The translations under genes were made by a program, and so were the position numbers. A stretch of 64,000 nt of DNA from a virus, in IMG/VR virus record IMGVR_UViG_3300050343_000285, positions 64,001 through 128,000 of that record. One strand, 5' to 3'. Positions 9,329-19,461 of the stretch are shown piece by piece. Under the pieces are notes generated by a model, which was not told the DNA's origin, ran no database searches, and saw nothing but the letters and a program-made list of their open reading frames with translations. The first letter of the stretch is position 1. Each line of letters begins with the position of its first letter.

Positions 9329-10023
9329 GAACTAAAAGCGCCTTTAAATTGTATCTTACTGCTTAAATTTTTATGCAGTCTTAAGAATCTAATTAATATT
9401 TTTGCACAATCCTCAACATCTTTAATTGCATCATGAGCATTATCTTTGCTTAATCCTAGATAATCTCTCATATTATCTAAAGATAAAGATCTAACTTCGG
9501 AAACATAACTCATCCACAAGAACATAACATGCATTAAATCTATCTTGTCTCTAGGGTGAAATAAACACGTACTTTTTTCTTTATTAACATTATCATATTT
9601 TACACTTAATCTATCTACAATTGGCATATCAAATCTTAATATATTATACCCACAAGCAATAGGTGCTGTAAATTGAGATTTTTTACCCCCATTAGCTTTT
9701 GAGTGATATTTATCTAAATACGATACGAATTGAGACCAAGCATGTTTCTGATTAGGGTATTGCTTCCAATCAGATAATACCTGTTGAGCCGAGATAGCTT
9801 TCACCTTACCGTGCCATTCTAAAATATCCGAGTCGGTATAAGGATTATCGCAAGACTCATCTTCCAATTTTTCAGGTTTAAGCATCACATTAAACTGTGA
9901 ATTTTTAACAATATCTAGCTTTATAGGATCAACAATTACCGCAGATAACTGAACCGGACTACAAACAGAAGGGTTTATCCCATCTGTTTCAAAATCAAAA
10001 ACACAAATTTTATTCCTAATCAT
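9325..10023 (-). CDS. dnaQ: DEDDh 3'-5' exonuclease (DnaQ/epsilon-like)
   Basis: ExoI VFDFETDG, ExoII GYNILRFD, ExoIII AHDAIKD. Confidence 0.9.
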   Translation of the reverse strand: MIRNKICVFDFETDGINPSVCSPVQLSAVIVDPIKLDIVKNSQFNVMLKPEKLEDESCDNPYTDSDILEWHGKVKAISAQQVLSDWKQYPNQKHAWSQFVSYLDKYHSKANGGKKSQFTAPIACGYNILRFDMPIVDRLSVKYDNVNKEKSTCLFHPRDKIDLMHVMFLWMSYVSEVRSLSLDNMRDYLGLSKDNAHDAIKDVEDCAKILIRFLRLHKNLSSKIQFKGAFSS

Positions 10024-10192
10024 TTATTACCTCCACCTTTGCTTTGTATTCAAAAAGTATTTTGTTGTTATCCTGTAATTTTAACGCATTACATTCAATT
10101 TGGCAACAGTTCTTTTTTATTTCAGTAATTTTTAAATATTCTAATTTATTGTAAATAAATCTTTGACCCACTTTTACATTCTGGAATTCCAT
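10016..10192 (-). CDS. 58-aa hypothetical protein ([58 protein letters not shown])
   Basis: Translated by hand; its ATG overlaps the dnaE-N stop (TAATG) and its end overlaps the exonuclease start. Confidence 0.65.
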   Translation of the reverse strand: MEFQNVKVGQRFIYNKLEYLKITEIKKNCCQIECNALKLQDNNKILFEYKAKVEVIND

Positions 10193-12083
10193 TATAAAGC
10201 CTTTATATTCAGTAAATTTTTAGCTAACATGATCTTATCCAATAGGGCTATGCCTAAAATATCGAATTTTATAACACCAATTGATTCTAAGTCGGACATT
10301 TCAAACCCTGCTATATTTTGATTTGTTTTTTTATCCCATATCATTGGACATATAGAGTTCAAAGAGTTATTGGCTATAGCTATACCAGCAGCATGTTTTG
10401 ATTGATTATATTTAGAGCCCTCTAACCGAATAGCTTGCTCAAATCTTTTTGCTAATGGGCCTTGTAGCTCACCATCATCATTTAAATGGCACCATTCTTT
10501 TAGTTTGTCTCCGTTATTTTCTAGAGCCCATCTAATTATGGATGCCCCACCATTCCCATCTTTCATTTGTTGCAATTCGTCAGCTATTTTTGCTTCATCT
10601 GGAATATTTTTTGTTATTTTATTCATTTCTTGGAAACTTATATGTTGCCGTAAACCCTTAATACTTCCTTCAAAGCTCCCCTGCCTTTTAGAGTATTAAA
10701 AGTAATCATTTGAGAAACTTTATCATCTCCATACTTTTCTCTAATATAATTAATAATAGCTTCTCTATGCTCTAATAGGTACGTCCACATCAATATCAGG
10801 CATTGATACTCTGTTTATCGGTGTTTCTCCCTGTATTATAAAATCTTTCAAAAATTAAATCATATTCAATAGGGTCTATAGAGGTAATACCTATAAGGTA
10901 CGACACTAGACAACCAGCAGCACTGCCTCTACCCGGTCCCGGCAAACAATCAATGAGATTTCACACGATCAACGATATCTTTTACAATCAAAAAATAGCT
11001 AGACAGATTTGCTCCTTCGCTAAAACATCAAGTTCTTGCTTGATTCTTTCTACATATATTTCATGCTCATCTTTAGGTACTTTGTTTTGCTATTTTGGAC
11101 TCGCCAGCCATTACGACATAACTCTCTAATATACTCTATCTGGCGTTTGTTTATCTAGGGCATTCAAAATCTGGTAATTGTGGAGCTTATGTAAAATATC
11201 ATAATCCTCACACATATTATCTATTAACTATAGTATTTTCAAGTTCTTCTTGAATCATGCAATTCATCCATTTCTTCAGGAGATAAGAATATAATATTTA
11301 TCAGAAGTAAAAAAGGTAGACAATGCCACTTCTTGATTATTTAAAATTTTATTTGATACATCGGGGAGTGTCGTCTTTAGAGAACTACATAGTAACACTC
11401 TTTGATCTACAGCGTCTAGAATATCGCAATAGTGTGCGTCTATAGTGGCAACTCTAGGAATATGCTTTGACTTAGAAAGATCTCTTAATGACTTTCCTAT
11501 AATCTGTTGATGCTCATTGCCTGCGTCCATTAATTGTATTTCAATAAAAAAATTATCTTTACCAAACACATCTTGTAGATTAGATATATGTTGCAAAGCT
11601 TTATTTTCCCAATCGTCAATCATGGCTGCCTTATCAAAACTATATATCTCATTAGCTAGCGTAGAACCGGGATGTCCCGAAATACAAATAAGGTCTTGAT
11701 TATTTATATACTTTTTTAATATATTTAAATCAATTCTAGGTTTATAGTAAAAATATTCTTCGCTATTAGATACAGAGACTATCTTAATAAGATCTTGCCA
11801 GCCATCATAATTTTTAGCAAGAACTACTAAGTGTGACAAAGATCTATTAGTTTTATCCTTAATGGTAGCGTCAGCACTAATATATAATTCGCAACCTAAT
11901 ATAGGCTTAATATTATTTTGCTTCATAGTTCTATAAAAAATCTATATTACCAGATATAGTGCCGTGATCAGTAATAGCGCAGGACTTGATATTAAGACTA
12001 GCGCATCTTTTAGCAATTTGCTCAGGTTTAGATATACCATCCAATAAGCTATAATGCGTATGTACATGTAATGGTGTGTACAT
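10192..12083 (-). CDS. dnaE: DNA polymerase III alpha, N-terminal chain (PHP, palm, thumb); several single-base indels
   Basis: [16 protein letters not shown] at ATG 12083, [46 protein letters not shown] (~10780-10803), SKHAAG, KFDILG; stop TAA at 10192. Confidence 0.9.
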
Positions 12084-12086
12084 TAA

Positions 12087-13151
12087 TTAAACCTCTCCTG
12101 GGGCTTTGTATGTGTCTACAGAATGTCCTGGGGCAGTGTATTTTTCTACTACATAATCCATACCATTCACATCATTGTCGTGTTTAATCTGTTCGCATTG
12201 TGTCATCAACTCATCCTTATGTGTAACTTGACGATCTCTATATTCTATCATAGGAGATACTGTCTCGTCTTGCAAAAAATTGTTCTTTCCAAAATGACAT
12301 AATTTAGTACATTTCCATGTTTTCTTTAAATGAGGACTCTTACTATTTTTTATTCTATTGAATTTTTCTCTAATCATATATTCGGCAACAACTGCGTTGT
12401 CATCATTATCAAAGCATATTGAGAAAGGACCACCATCATTCATAAAATTAATTGTCATAATAATATGTTTAAATTCTGGAAATAATCTATGTATAGCATA
12501 ATGATATATCCTTAACTGAGGATCTTGTTCTAACTTTTCTTGAGTTTTTTCTTCTCCAGTAGCCCAGTTTAATCTTTTACCAGTTTTCCAGTCAATAATT
12601 TCTAAGGTATCATCAGACACCTTAGTTATCAAGTCTACGGTGCCTTTAATAGATAGATGGCCTTCTAATTCACCCTCAACTGTATCATATTTATATTTAG
12701 CCCAAGGTTTATCTATAGATAGGTCGAAATGTTGTTCAGACCTAAAAACATCTCTTAATCTAGGATCAAATAATCTATTATTACCTGTTAATGTTTTCCT
12801 TACCCATTCTATACAATCTGTACGATCTTTTTGAAACCATTGATGGTTAGTAAATCTAGAGGTATAATAATCGTATACAGCATTACATAAATATAAGACA
12901 TATTTATTATCAAACATATCGCAAGTATTTAAATCTATAGCTCCTATAATTTCATCATCAATAGATACTTCCTTATCTTGTATACCTTTTTTCATAAGGG
13001 CTAATATTTCTAATACCTTATGGACAATTGTGCCCTTGTCTGCTTTTTTATTAGAGGAACCTCTTCTACCAAGAACATATTCAATAAAATATTGTTGCTC
13101 GCACATATTATGCGTACCATAAGAAGAACTTCTAAAGTATGTAATTATAAT
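12087..13151 (-). CDS. Cas4/RecB-like PD-(D/E)XK exonuclease with probable 4Fe-4S cysteines
   Basis: KGTIVHKVLE, IKGTVDLI..LEIIDWKTG, QLRIY; Cys in MCEQ plus CTKLC and QCEQ. Frame is open upstream to ATT at 13151. Confidence 0.8.
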   Translation of the reverse strand: MIITYFRSSSYGTHNMCEQQYFIEYVLGRRGSSNKKADKGTIVHKVLEILALMKKGIQDKEVSIDDEIIGAIDLNTCDMFDNKYVLYLCNAVYDYYTSRFTNHQWFQKDRTDCIEWVRKTLTGNNRLFDPRLRDVFRSEQHFDLSIDKPWAKYKYDTVEGELEGHLSIKGTVDLITKVSDDTLEIIDWKTGKRLNWATGEEKTQEKLEQDPQLRIYHYAIHRLFPEFKHIIMTINFMNDGGPFSICFDNDDNAVVAEYMIREKFNRIKNSKSPHLKKTWKCTKLCHFGKNNFLQDETVSPMIEYRDRQVTHKDELMTQCEQIKHDNDVNGMDYVVEKYTAPGHSVDTYKAPGEV

Positions 13152-13777
13152 GGTATTATCCTTTGTTTCTCTAGGTAGTTTTTAATTAATTGATGTGTTT
13201 CTACAATTGGTAGCTCTTGATTATTTATGCTAAAATCAAAGTTTGACTGATCATATTTATCCACATCTAACGCTATTTCGCTTTCGTGTTCAGAATGATA
13301 TAAATTCCGGTTGAGTTTGATAACTACACCTTGAGCATTCTGAACAGCTTCAACCTCGTTAGGAAAACGACAATCCGCGACTAATGCTAGGGGGAAATTT
13401 TCTTTTTTGATTTTTCTAATAGTAGCATCTGCCCACACATTGTGCTGCATTCTCCTAAAGACGTCTGTACCGATATACTGCAATACTTCTCTAGCCGTCA
13501 TTTTAGCGTCAAGTCCCGGCCATTTACAATCCACTATTTCGTTTTTATTTGCATCTGTTCCATAACATTGCCTATCTGTTAGACCGAATATATCTATACA
13601 TAGTTTTTTTAATGGGTCTGCAAAATTATATATTTTAAAGGGGACTCGGTTTTCACTTGCATCTAAAATATACCCATTTTTTTCCCAGTATTGTTTTTCA
13701 AATTCTTTACCAATATATTCACAAGAGGTAGTTTTCCCAGATTGTTTTCTACCAGCCATAGCTATAATTTTACACAT
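13145..13777 (-). CDS. Deoxynucleoside monophosphate kinase
   Basis: P-loop AGRKQSGKTT; FADPLKKLC; REVLQYIGTDVFR; DCRFPNE; HESE. Confidence 0.9.
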   Translation of the reverse strand: MCKIIAMAGRKQSGKTTSCEYIGKEFEKQYWEKNGYILDASENRVPFKIYNFADPLKKLCIDIFGLTDRQCYGTDANKNEIVDCKWPGLDAKMTAREVLQYIGTDVFRRMQHNVWADATIRKIKKENFPLALVADCRFPNEVEAVQNAQGVVIKLNRNLYHSEHESEIALDVDKYDQSNFDFSINNQELPIVETHQLIKNYLEKQRIIPL

Positions 13778-14933
13778 GGAGTTTTCCTATTTCTGGTTTT
13801 ATAATATTTTGAATATCTTTCACTTTCATTTCCCCAATATCTGTTTCTAAGCAATCAATAGTTTTAGTATTATATGTTCTAGAGCATTTTTCAGTAATTT
13901 TTTTACCACCTTCTAGGCCCGCTTCGTCTGGATCTAATGCTATAATAATAGACATAGCACCAGAACAATCTAAAAGCATTTTCTGCCTATCGCTCATAGA
14001 TGTTCCAAAAATAGCAACAGAATTATGAATACCGGCCTGCTCTAATTTCCAAACATTACCAGGACTTTCTACTATAATAGCTACGCCACTTTCTATTATA
14101 TGTTTTTTAGCAAACCATAGATTATATAGATGGTCTTTTGATTTAAAATCTTTATTATGTTTCCATTTAGAATATTTCCAAGCGTATTTACCAGTAACAC
14201 AATCTGATTTTGGGTTATGAAAGTAACCACACTTATCACATTTATTATAGATACTTCTACCTGTACAGCCAACCATATTTGTATAATCTTGATTGTATAT
14301 TGGGACAACAACCCTATTAAACATCTCTTTTTTAGGGTTAGAACATAGTCCTACATCATATTTGTCTAATATTTTGGAACTAAATCCTCTATCTAGGTAA
14401 TATTGAGATGGTATATTAAGAGTGTTACGAATAGTCACTCTAGTAATACTAGGGGCGTGTTTAATATCAGGTGTTGATATTGTATGAATATGTCGTGAAA
14501 AATTATTCTTTTCTTTATTTATATTAGAAACATTGATGTCTTTGAAATCTTTTTTAAGAATTTTTAAGGCAAGCTCTACAGTTTTAGAAAATGGATACAT
14601 TTCATCACCTGCTTTTTGCCAATTCATTTTACTAACAGATAAAATGCCTCTCATAAAACCTATAATAGAAGGCTGAAAAATCTTTTCGCAGTGATGTGTA
14701 CGACATACCCAATTACCAACACTATAATCATAGTTTCCATCAACACCATGATATAAATTTAGGGCAGAAGGATTATCTCCACCATGAATAGGACAGCTCA
14801 TTGTGATCATTTTACCATTATGAACACAGTCTAAGTCTAATGAGTCACAAAACTCTTCTATATTACTACAAAGGTCATCGCAGATATTCTTTATTTCTGT
14901 CTGACTATATGAACGGTATGTCTTCTTTTTCAT
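13770..14933 (-). CDS. dnaG: DNA primase (zinc finger plus TOPRIM)
   Basis: CPIHGGDNPSA..WVCRTHHC; YYLDRGF; RVVVPI; IIVESPGNVW; ALDPDEAG. Confidence 0.9.
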   Translation of the reverse strand: MKKKTYRSYSQTEIKNICDDLCSNIEEFCDSLDLDCVHNGKMITMSCPIHGGDNPSALNLYHGVDGNYDYSVGNWVCRTHHCEKIFQPSIIGFMRGILSVSKMNWQKAGDEMYPFSKTVELALKILKKDFKDINVSNINKEKNNFSRHIHTISTPDIKHAPSITRVTIRNTLNIPSQYYLDRGFSSKILDKYDVGLCSNPKKEMFNRVVVPIYNQDYTNMVGCTGRSIYNKCDKCGYFHNPKSDCVTGKYAWKYSKWKHNKDFKSKDHLYNLWFAKKHIIESGVAIIVESPGNVWKLEQAGIHNSVAIFGTSMSDRQKMLLDCSGAMSIIIALDPDEAGLEGGKKITEKCSRTYNTKTIDCLETDIGEMKVKDIQNIIKPEIGKLHV

Positions 14934-16368
14934 CAATTTCATTATTATTAATCTCAAAATCTTTATCTGGGTTATTTGCTAATTCTAATTTTGTTCTGCC
15001 TTCTGTAATTTGAGCACACCAGCCCTTCATATGACAATTGATATAATCATTATCATCTAGACCAGCACCATGTCTGCTCACAACTGGTAATAATTTTCTA
15101 TTACCTCCGGTAGGACCGTCTTCTGCAATTTCTTCATCACTCTTTCTTTTAAAAATACTAAAATTACTACATAGCCAAATAATTCTATCAGAACCAGAAG
15201 CTGTATCAGTACTTTCTTTTGTTATACCATCCCTATTTAATTGAACAAAGGCCACTATAGGTATTTTATACTTAGTTGCAAAATTATGTAGTTGGGTCAT
15301 CATAAAACCTAAAACTTGATATTCTTTCATATCTTGACTAATGCCCTGACTATCCATAAGTTTCAGATAATCATAGAAAATCACACAGTCCTTAGCTGTG
15401 CCGTCATCATTAAGTCCAACCTCTTTTATTAACCACCTTCGCATAATAGAAACTTGTTCTTCGAAAGGCTTACCCGCTATAGGTTTGTAATACAGTCTGG
15501 TATTCTTTAGTTTTTCTGTAGCTTCATAGATCTTTGCTTTTAAATCACTAGAATTTCTAAAACCGCCAGTTTCTATATTAGATATATCTATTTCTGTCAT
15601 CATAGCTAAAATTCTATTTATATGGTCCTCAGTTGTCATTTCTGTATCCATATTTAAAACAGGTATACCTTGGCTAGCTAAAGCAAAACCCATATTATCA
15701 GCCAGTAGTGTCTTGCCAGTTTTTGGTCTTGCTGCTATAACATTAACAGTACTTCTACGCAAACCTCCACCTATTGCTTTGTCATATATAGGGAATCCAG
15801 TAGAAAGACCAACTTGATCAATCGGATTTTCTTCTAGATTTTTAATATAATCTTCTATGTTTTTACCTATAGCATCAGGTTCATTATTCCCATCGCCTAA
15901 TAATTGACCCAAATCCAGAACTTTACTTTCTGCTATATTAAGTATATCATTAATAGACTCTGTGCCAGATATATTTTCTACATCTGTTTGTGCCAATTTT
16001 AATTGTTCTGCTATAGTTTTTGCAACTTCAAGTTTTTTAATTTTTACAGCAAATTTTCGAAGATTGCTTTCTTCTACGGGAAACATTAGGATTGCTTTAA
16101 TGTGTAGTGCTTCTTCTTTGGAAGATATAAATTCCGAACAGCCTAATTCTTGAGCAGCGGAATATATAGAAGCTAAATCTATACTAGAAGTATTATTTTG
16201 TTCATAAATATGCTTAATGCAATTATAAATTATTTGATTACTATCTATAGTAAAGGCATTGCTAGATAGAATATCAGCGATATCTAAGTAAGCGTTTTCG
16301 CCATATCTACACAGACCAGCTAGAACAGCTCTTTCTGCGGATGGGTCTGATAATATACTGTCTTTCAT
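14905..16368 (-). CDS. dnaB: Replicative DNA helicase
   Basis: AERAVLAG; GLSTGF; VIAARPKTGKT; IFYDYLKLM; PIVAFVQLNR; SGSDRI. Confidence 0.95.
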   Translation of the reverse strand: MKDSILSDPSAERAVLAGLCRYGENAYLDIADILSSNAFTIDSNQIIYNCIKHIYEQNNTSSIDLASIYSAAQELGCSEFISSKEEALHIKAILMFPVEESNLRKFAVKIKKLEVAKTIAEQLKLAQTDVENISGTESINDILNIAESKVLDLGQLLGDGNNEPDAIGKNIEDYIKNLEENPIDQVGLSTGFPIYDKAIGGGLRRSTVNVIAARPKTGKTLLADNMGFALASQGIPVLNMDTEMTTEDHINRILAMMTEIDISNIETGGFRNSSDLKAKIYEATEKLKNTRLYYKPIAGKPFEEQVSIMRRWLIKEVGLNDDGTAKDCVIFYDYLKLMDSQGISQDMKEYQVLGFMMTQLHNFATKYKIPIVAFVQLNRDGITKESTDTASGSDRIIWLCSNFSIFKRKSDEEIAEDGPTGGNRKLLPVVSRHGAGLDDNDYINCHMKGWCAQITEGRTKLELANNPDKDFEINNNEIDEKEDIPFI

Positions 16369-16382
16369 TTGATTACCAAAGT

Positions 16383-16814
16383 TTAACCTGAGTTAGAACA
16401 ACATTTGTTACATTTATATCTATCGACATCACCATGCAATAGGCTTGAAGGAATTTCTTCTTTTTTACCACAAATTCTACAAGTGACTGAAATTTTTCTT
16501 TGCTTAGGTCTTCTTTTCATGGGTGGTTGCTGATATAATTTTTTGGAAACCTTTGAACTTTCCTTAAACATTTGACTTTCTGGCATATCCACAAACTTAT
16601 TGACTCTTGTGCTTGTAGTTTTTTTTGCAGCACTTGCGACATTTTTACGGCTAGAAGTTGCTTTTGTCGTTTTCTTTTTTACTACTCTTTTTTTGCTGCT
16701 TGGTTGTGTTTTAGGTTCTTCATCTTCTTCTTTGGGTAATAGGCTACTTAAAATACCAATTAATTGTTTAATTTGATCAGGATCTTTTAGGATATCTTCA
16801 GGATTGTTTGACAT
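16383..16814 (-). CDS. Hypothetical protein with a basic linker and C-terminal zinc ribbon
   Basis: Lys/Thr-rich middle; CRIC..CNKC. Confidence 0.6.
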   Translation of the reverse strand: MSNNPEDILKDPDQIKQLIGILSSLLPKEEDEEPKTQPSSKKRVVKKKTTKATSSRKNVASAAKKTTSTRVNKFVDMPESQMFKESSKVSKKLYQQPPMKRRPKQRKISVTCRICGKKEEIPSSLLHGDVDRYKCNKCCSNSG

Positions 16815-17292
16815 TGTACACCTTGTTTTTTTGAATTGATATTAGTATATCTGATAAATTTTTTAAACCATTGGATAAATACGACAACCTATCCATCCTT
16901 TGCTTTGCATATTTTTGTATTTTATAAAGAGTACTGGCCTTATCATTATTTTTAACTGCTTGATAAAATTTTTCTATATAACCATAACCTTTATAGTTAT
17001 TTAATTCATCAGCAATAACCATTTTAGTTGTGTCTTCTGCCCAATTATGTCTTGCTATTTCTCTATTTAAAGTTCTTTGAATGTGAAAAGACATCTGCCC
17101 TAATCTGTAACAAATTTGAGCACAATCTTCTGGAGTAAGTCTTTCTATTACATCTCTAGACATAGTTAAATATTGATGTATTTCATCTGATGTCTCTGTA
17201 TTGCTTTGATGGGAGGGCATTCCAACAGATTGCTCATATTCATCTAAAATCTTATCCCAATATTCTAATTCTTCTTTGCTTGTTTTATGCAT
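16798..17292 (-). CDS. Helical protein, possibly UvsY-like recombination mediator
   Basis: Long amphipathic helices, size similar to UvsY, two genes downstream of recA; positional inference only. Confidence 0.4.
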   Translation of the reverse strand: MHKTSKEELEYWDKILDEYEQSVGMPSHQSNTETSDEIHQYLTMSRDVIERLTPEDCAQICYRLGQMSFHIQRTLNREIARHNWAEDTTKMVIADELNNYKGYGYIEKFYQAVKNNDKASTLYKIQKYAKQRMDRLSYLSNGLKNLSDILISIQKNKVYNVKQS

Positions 17293-17689
17293 TTGTAATA
17301 ATCTCCAACCACTCTGCTTCTTTATTATATGGTAGCTCAACATAAGCTAAATTATTAATGTGACACCACTCTTGTTTTTCCCTATCTCTTTTTTGCTGTT
17401 TAAAAAAATCTAATTTAGTTCTATGATAAAATGGAGTAAATTCATAATGTTGTTCTCCATGAACTTCTATACATTTTTTAGTTAAAGGAATAAAAAAATC
17501 CATATATAATGTTTCAGATTTACGTATTCGTATAGGAATTTCTTCTAATATTTGTAATGTTGGGTATATCTCTTTTAATATTTTCCGAGCTGTTAAATGA
17601 AAAGCAGATTTATTATTTAAACTACTTTTAGCAGTCAAAGTGGATAATGATATCTTACATTCATATCCATCAAGACCAACAGTATTCAT
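17285..17689 (-). CDS. Vsr/DUF559-like endonuclease
   Basis: LYMDFFIP..IEVHGEQHY..RDREKQEWC..YVELPY. Confidence 0.8.
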   Translation of the reverse strand: MNTVGLDGYECKISLSTLTAKSSLNNKSAFHLTARKILKEIYPTLQILEEIPIRIRKSETLYMDFFIPLTKKCIEVHGEQHYEFTPFYHRTKLDFFKQQKRDREKQEWCHINNLAYVELPYNKEAEWLEIITNA

Positions 17690-18693
17690 TTTATACCCAT
17701 AGTTTCTTTAGTTGTTTCTAGTATTGTATCATATGCATCTGGATTGTCAACAAAAAACTTACGAAGTTTTTCAGTTCCTTGAAATTTTTTCTTCTCTCCG
17801 TCTATATCAAAACTATACCAAGCACCACCTTTGGCAATTATTCCGATATCAATAGCAAGCATCATGATTTCTGTAATCTTATCTATACCATCCCCGTATC
17901 TAATATATGATGTTGTAGTACCTCCGGGAGGGCTTAAGGCAGAGCAAAGAACTTGCCATTCTACCGTTTGTCCTATTTGAGTATTATCCGTTAGCGTCCA
18001 AGGTTTAAATGTTTTAGCTCTCATTTTTATATCTGTTTGATAAGCTATAGCTTGACCGCTTTTTTCTTTAAATTCAGCTCCGTAGCCAGTGGGGTTACCC
18101 ATAAGATGCGTAATACCTATAACTACATTTTTATTTACAGGAATTACATTAGCAACTTTACGGCAAAATTTTGCTAATAACTTTGCACCATCAGCCCTTT
18201 GCATTTTATCCATATCGCTAGTGATTTCTGCGGCTGTGCATATCGCAGAATATGAATCGATAATTAAAATTGATCCAGGTTCCTCATTAATAATTCTTTC
18301 AGCTATTTGAAGATATTCCTCGCCATGTAAGATTTTGCCTTCTTGAGAACCTATAATATCAAACCTATCCATATCCAAGTCTTTGATACCCTGTAGATCT
18401 CTTTTTTTTAGTCTACCTTCTATATTTAGGTAATACACATGCCTTGGTTTTTTTAAAGATCCTTGATATTCGCTTTTCTGTGCTGTTGCTGCAAAATCCA
18501 AGGAGGTCGTTGTTTTCCCACACTTAGGTTGTCCAGTTAAGACACAAAAGCTACCTTCTGGAATTCCACCACCCAGTACCATATCTAAAGCTGGACTTAG
18601 AGGGATGACAACAGATTCTCTATCCATTAAGGCGCTAGCACTTTGTATAACTTCATTGCCAAAATTTTTCTTTACATCATCTTTAAGTGTCAT
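17686..18693 (-). CDS. recA: RecA/UvsX recombinase
   Basis: SPALDMVLGGGIPEG; GQPKCGKTT; LIIDSYSA; GGAWY; FQG. Confidence 0.95.
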   Translation of the reverse strand: MTLKDDVKKNFGNEVIQSASALMDRESVVIPLSPALDMVLGGGIPEGSFCVLTGQPKCGKTTTSLDFAATAQKSEYQGSLKKPRHVYYLNIEGRLKKRDLQGIKDLDMDRFDIIGSQEGKILHGEEYLQIAERIINEEPGSILIIDSYSAICTAAEITSDMDKMQRADGAKLLAKFCRKVANVIPVNKNVVIGITHLMGNPTGYGAEFKEKSGQAIAYQTDIKMRAKTFKPWTLTDNTQIGQTVEWQVLCSALSPPGGTTTSYIRYGDGIDKITEIMMLAIDIGIIAKGGAWYSFDIDGEKKKFQGTEKLRKFFVDNPDAYDTILETTKETMGIK

Positions 18694-18694
18694 T

Positions 18695-19123
18695 TTATTC
18701 TATCTCTCTAAGTTTAGATATTATAGATTTACTATTTGTATCTTTCTCTTTCCTAAATTCATTGTTTTGTATCTTGCGCGTTTCGCTGTAGTCTACATCC
18801 TTATGTACTTGCTGACCTAAAATATACTGCTGTTCTTCTATGATAGGTCTTAAATGCGGAGCTCGCAAAGAATAAATTTTACGAGCCCTATCATGTTTCA
18901 GAGCTTTAATAATAGCTTTTGCGTCAAAATCTTTAAGTAATTTATGTGCAGTAGCTATTTGACTTCTATAAAAATTAGACCATTCTCTGTTTGTCCAAAA
19001 TCTATAGTGTAAATCTTTTTTATCCTTAAATGCTTTATTCTCACAGATCATTTCTGTGATAAACTGAGCTGCGGACACAAACTTACCATTAGAGTACTTG
19101 GATGGAAATGTATTTTTAGACAT
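18695..19123 (-). CDS. Hypothetical protein
   Basis: 142-aa ORF in the operon. Confidence 0.6.
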   Translation of the reverse strand: MSKNTFPSKYSNGKFVSAAQFITEMICENKAFKDKKDLHYRFWTNREWSNFYRSQIATAHKLLKDFDAKAIIKALKHDRARKIYSLRAPHLRPIIEEQQYILGQQVHKDVDYSETRKIQNNEFRKEKDTNSKSIISKLREIE

Positions 19124-19134
19124 GTTGTGGTGAC

Positions 19135-19461
19135 TTATTCGTTTGGTTTATGTATATATTCTTGAGTATCTTTAACTTTAGTATGCTGTTTTTTCTTTAG
19201 CTCGTCATTTAGAGCAGAAGCCTCACCAGTCATAATGGCAACGCTCTTACTACCTTTGCTAGATGTTTTATTAATCATTAAATCTTTAGATTTACTACTC
19301 TTTTTTGTTTGTACGGGTTCTGAATTAATTCTAATGGCAGATTCCACTTTGTCAATAGGTATATTTAATTCATCTGCTATTTCTGAAGGTTTTGTGTTCT
19401 GTGAGTGTAGCCAAAGGATTGCATATTCTTGTTTTTTATTTCTTCTCATTTTTATCTCCAC
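19135..19461 (-). CDS. Hypothetical protein with N-terminal HTH-like segment
   Basis: TKPSEIADELNIPIDKVESAI. Confidence 0.55.
   Translation of the reverse strand: MEIKMRRNKKQEYAILWLHSQNTKPSEIADELNIPIDKVESAIRINSEPVQTKKSSKSKDLMINKTSSKGSKSVAIMTGEASALNDELKKKQHTKVKDTQEYIHKPNE

Noticed and set aside
9200-10260. Split intein at the dnaE break
   Set aside because: No Cys/Ser-initiated intein block A after KFDILG and no His-Asn/Cys block before the resumed polymerase sequence
10192-12083. dnaE-N as a pseudogene or programmed multi-frameshift gene
   Set aside because: Catalytic and PHP motifs are intact, the breaks are scattered single-base insertions without a common slippery site, and neighbouring essential genes show the same pattern; sequencing error is more likely
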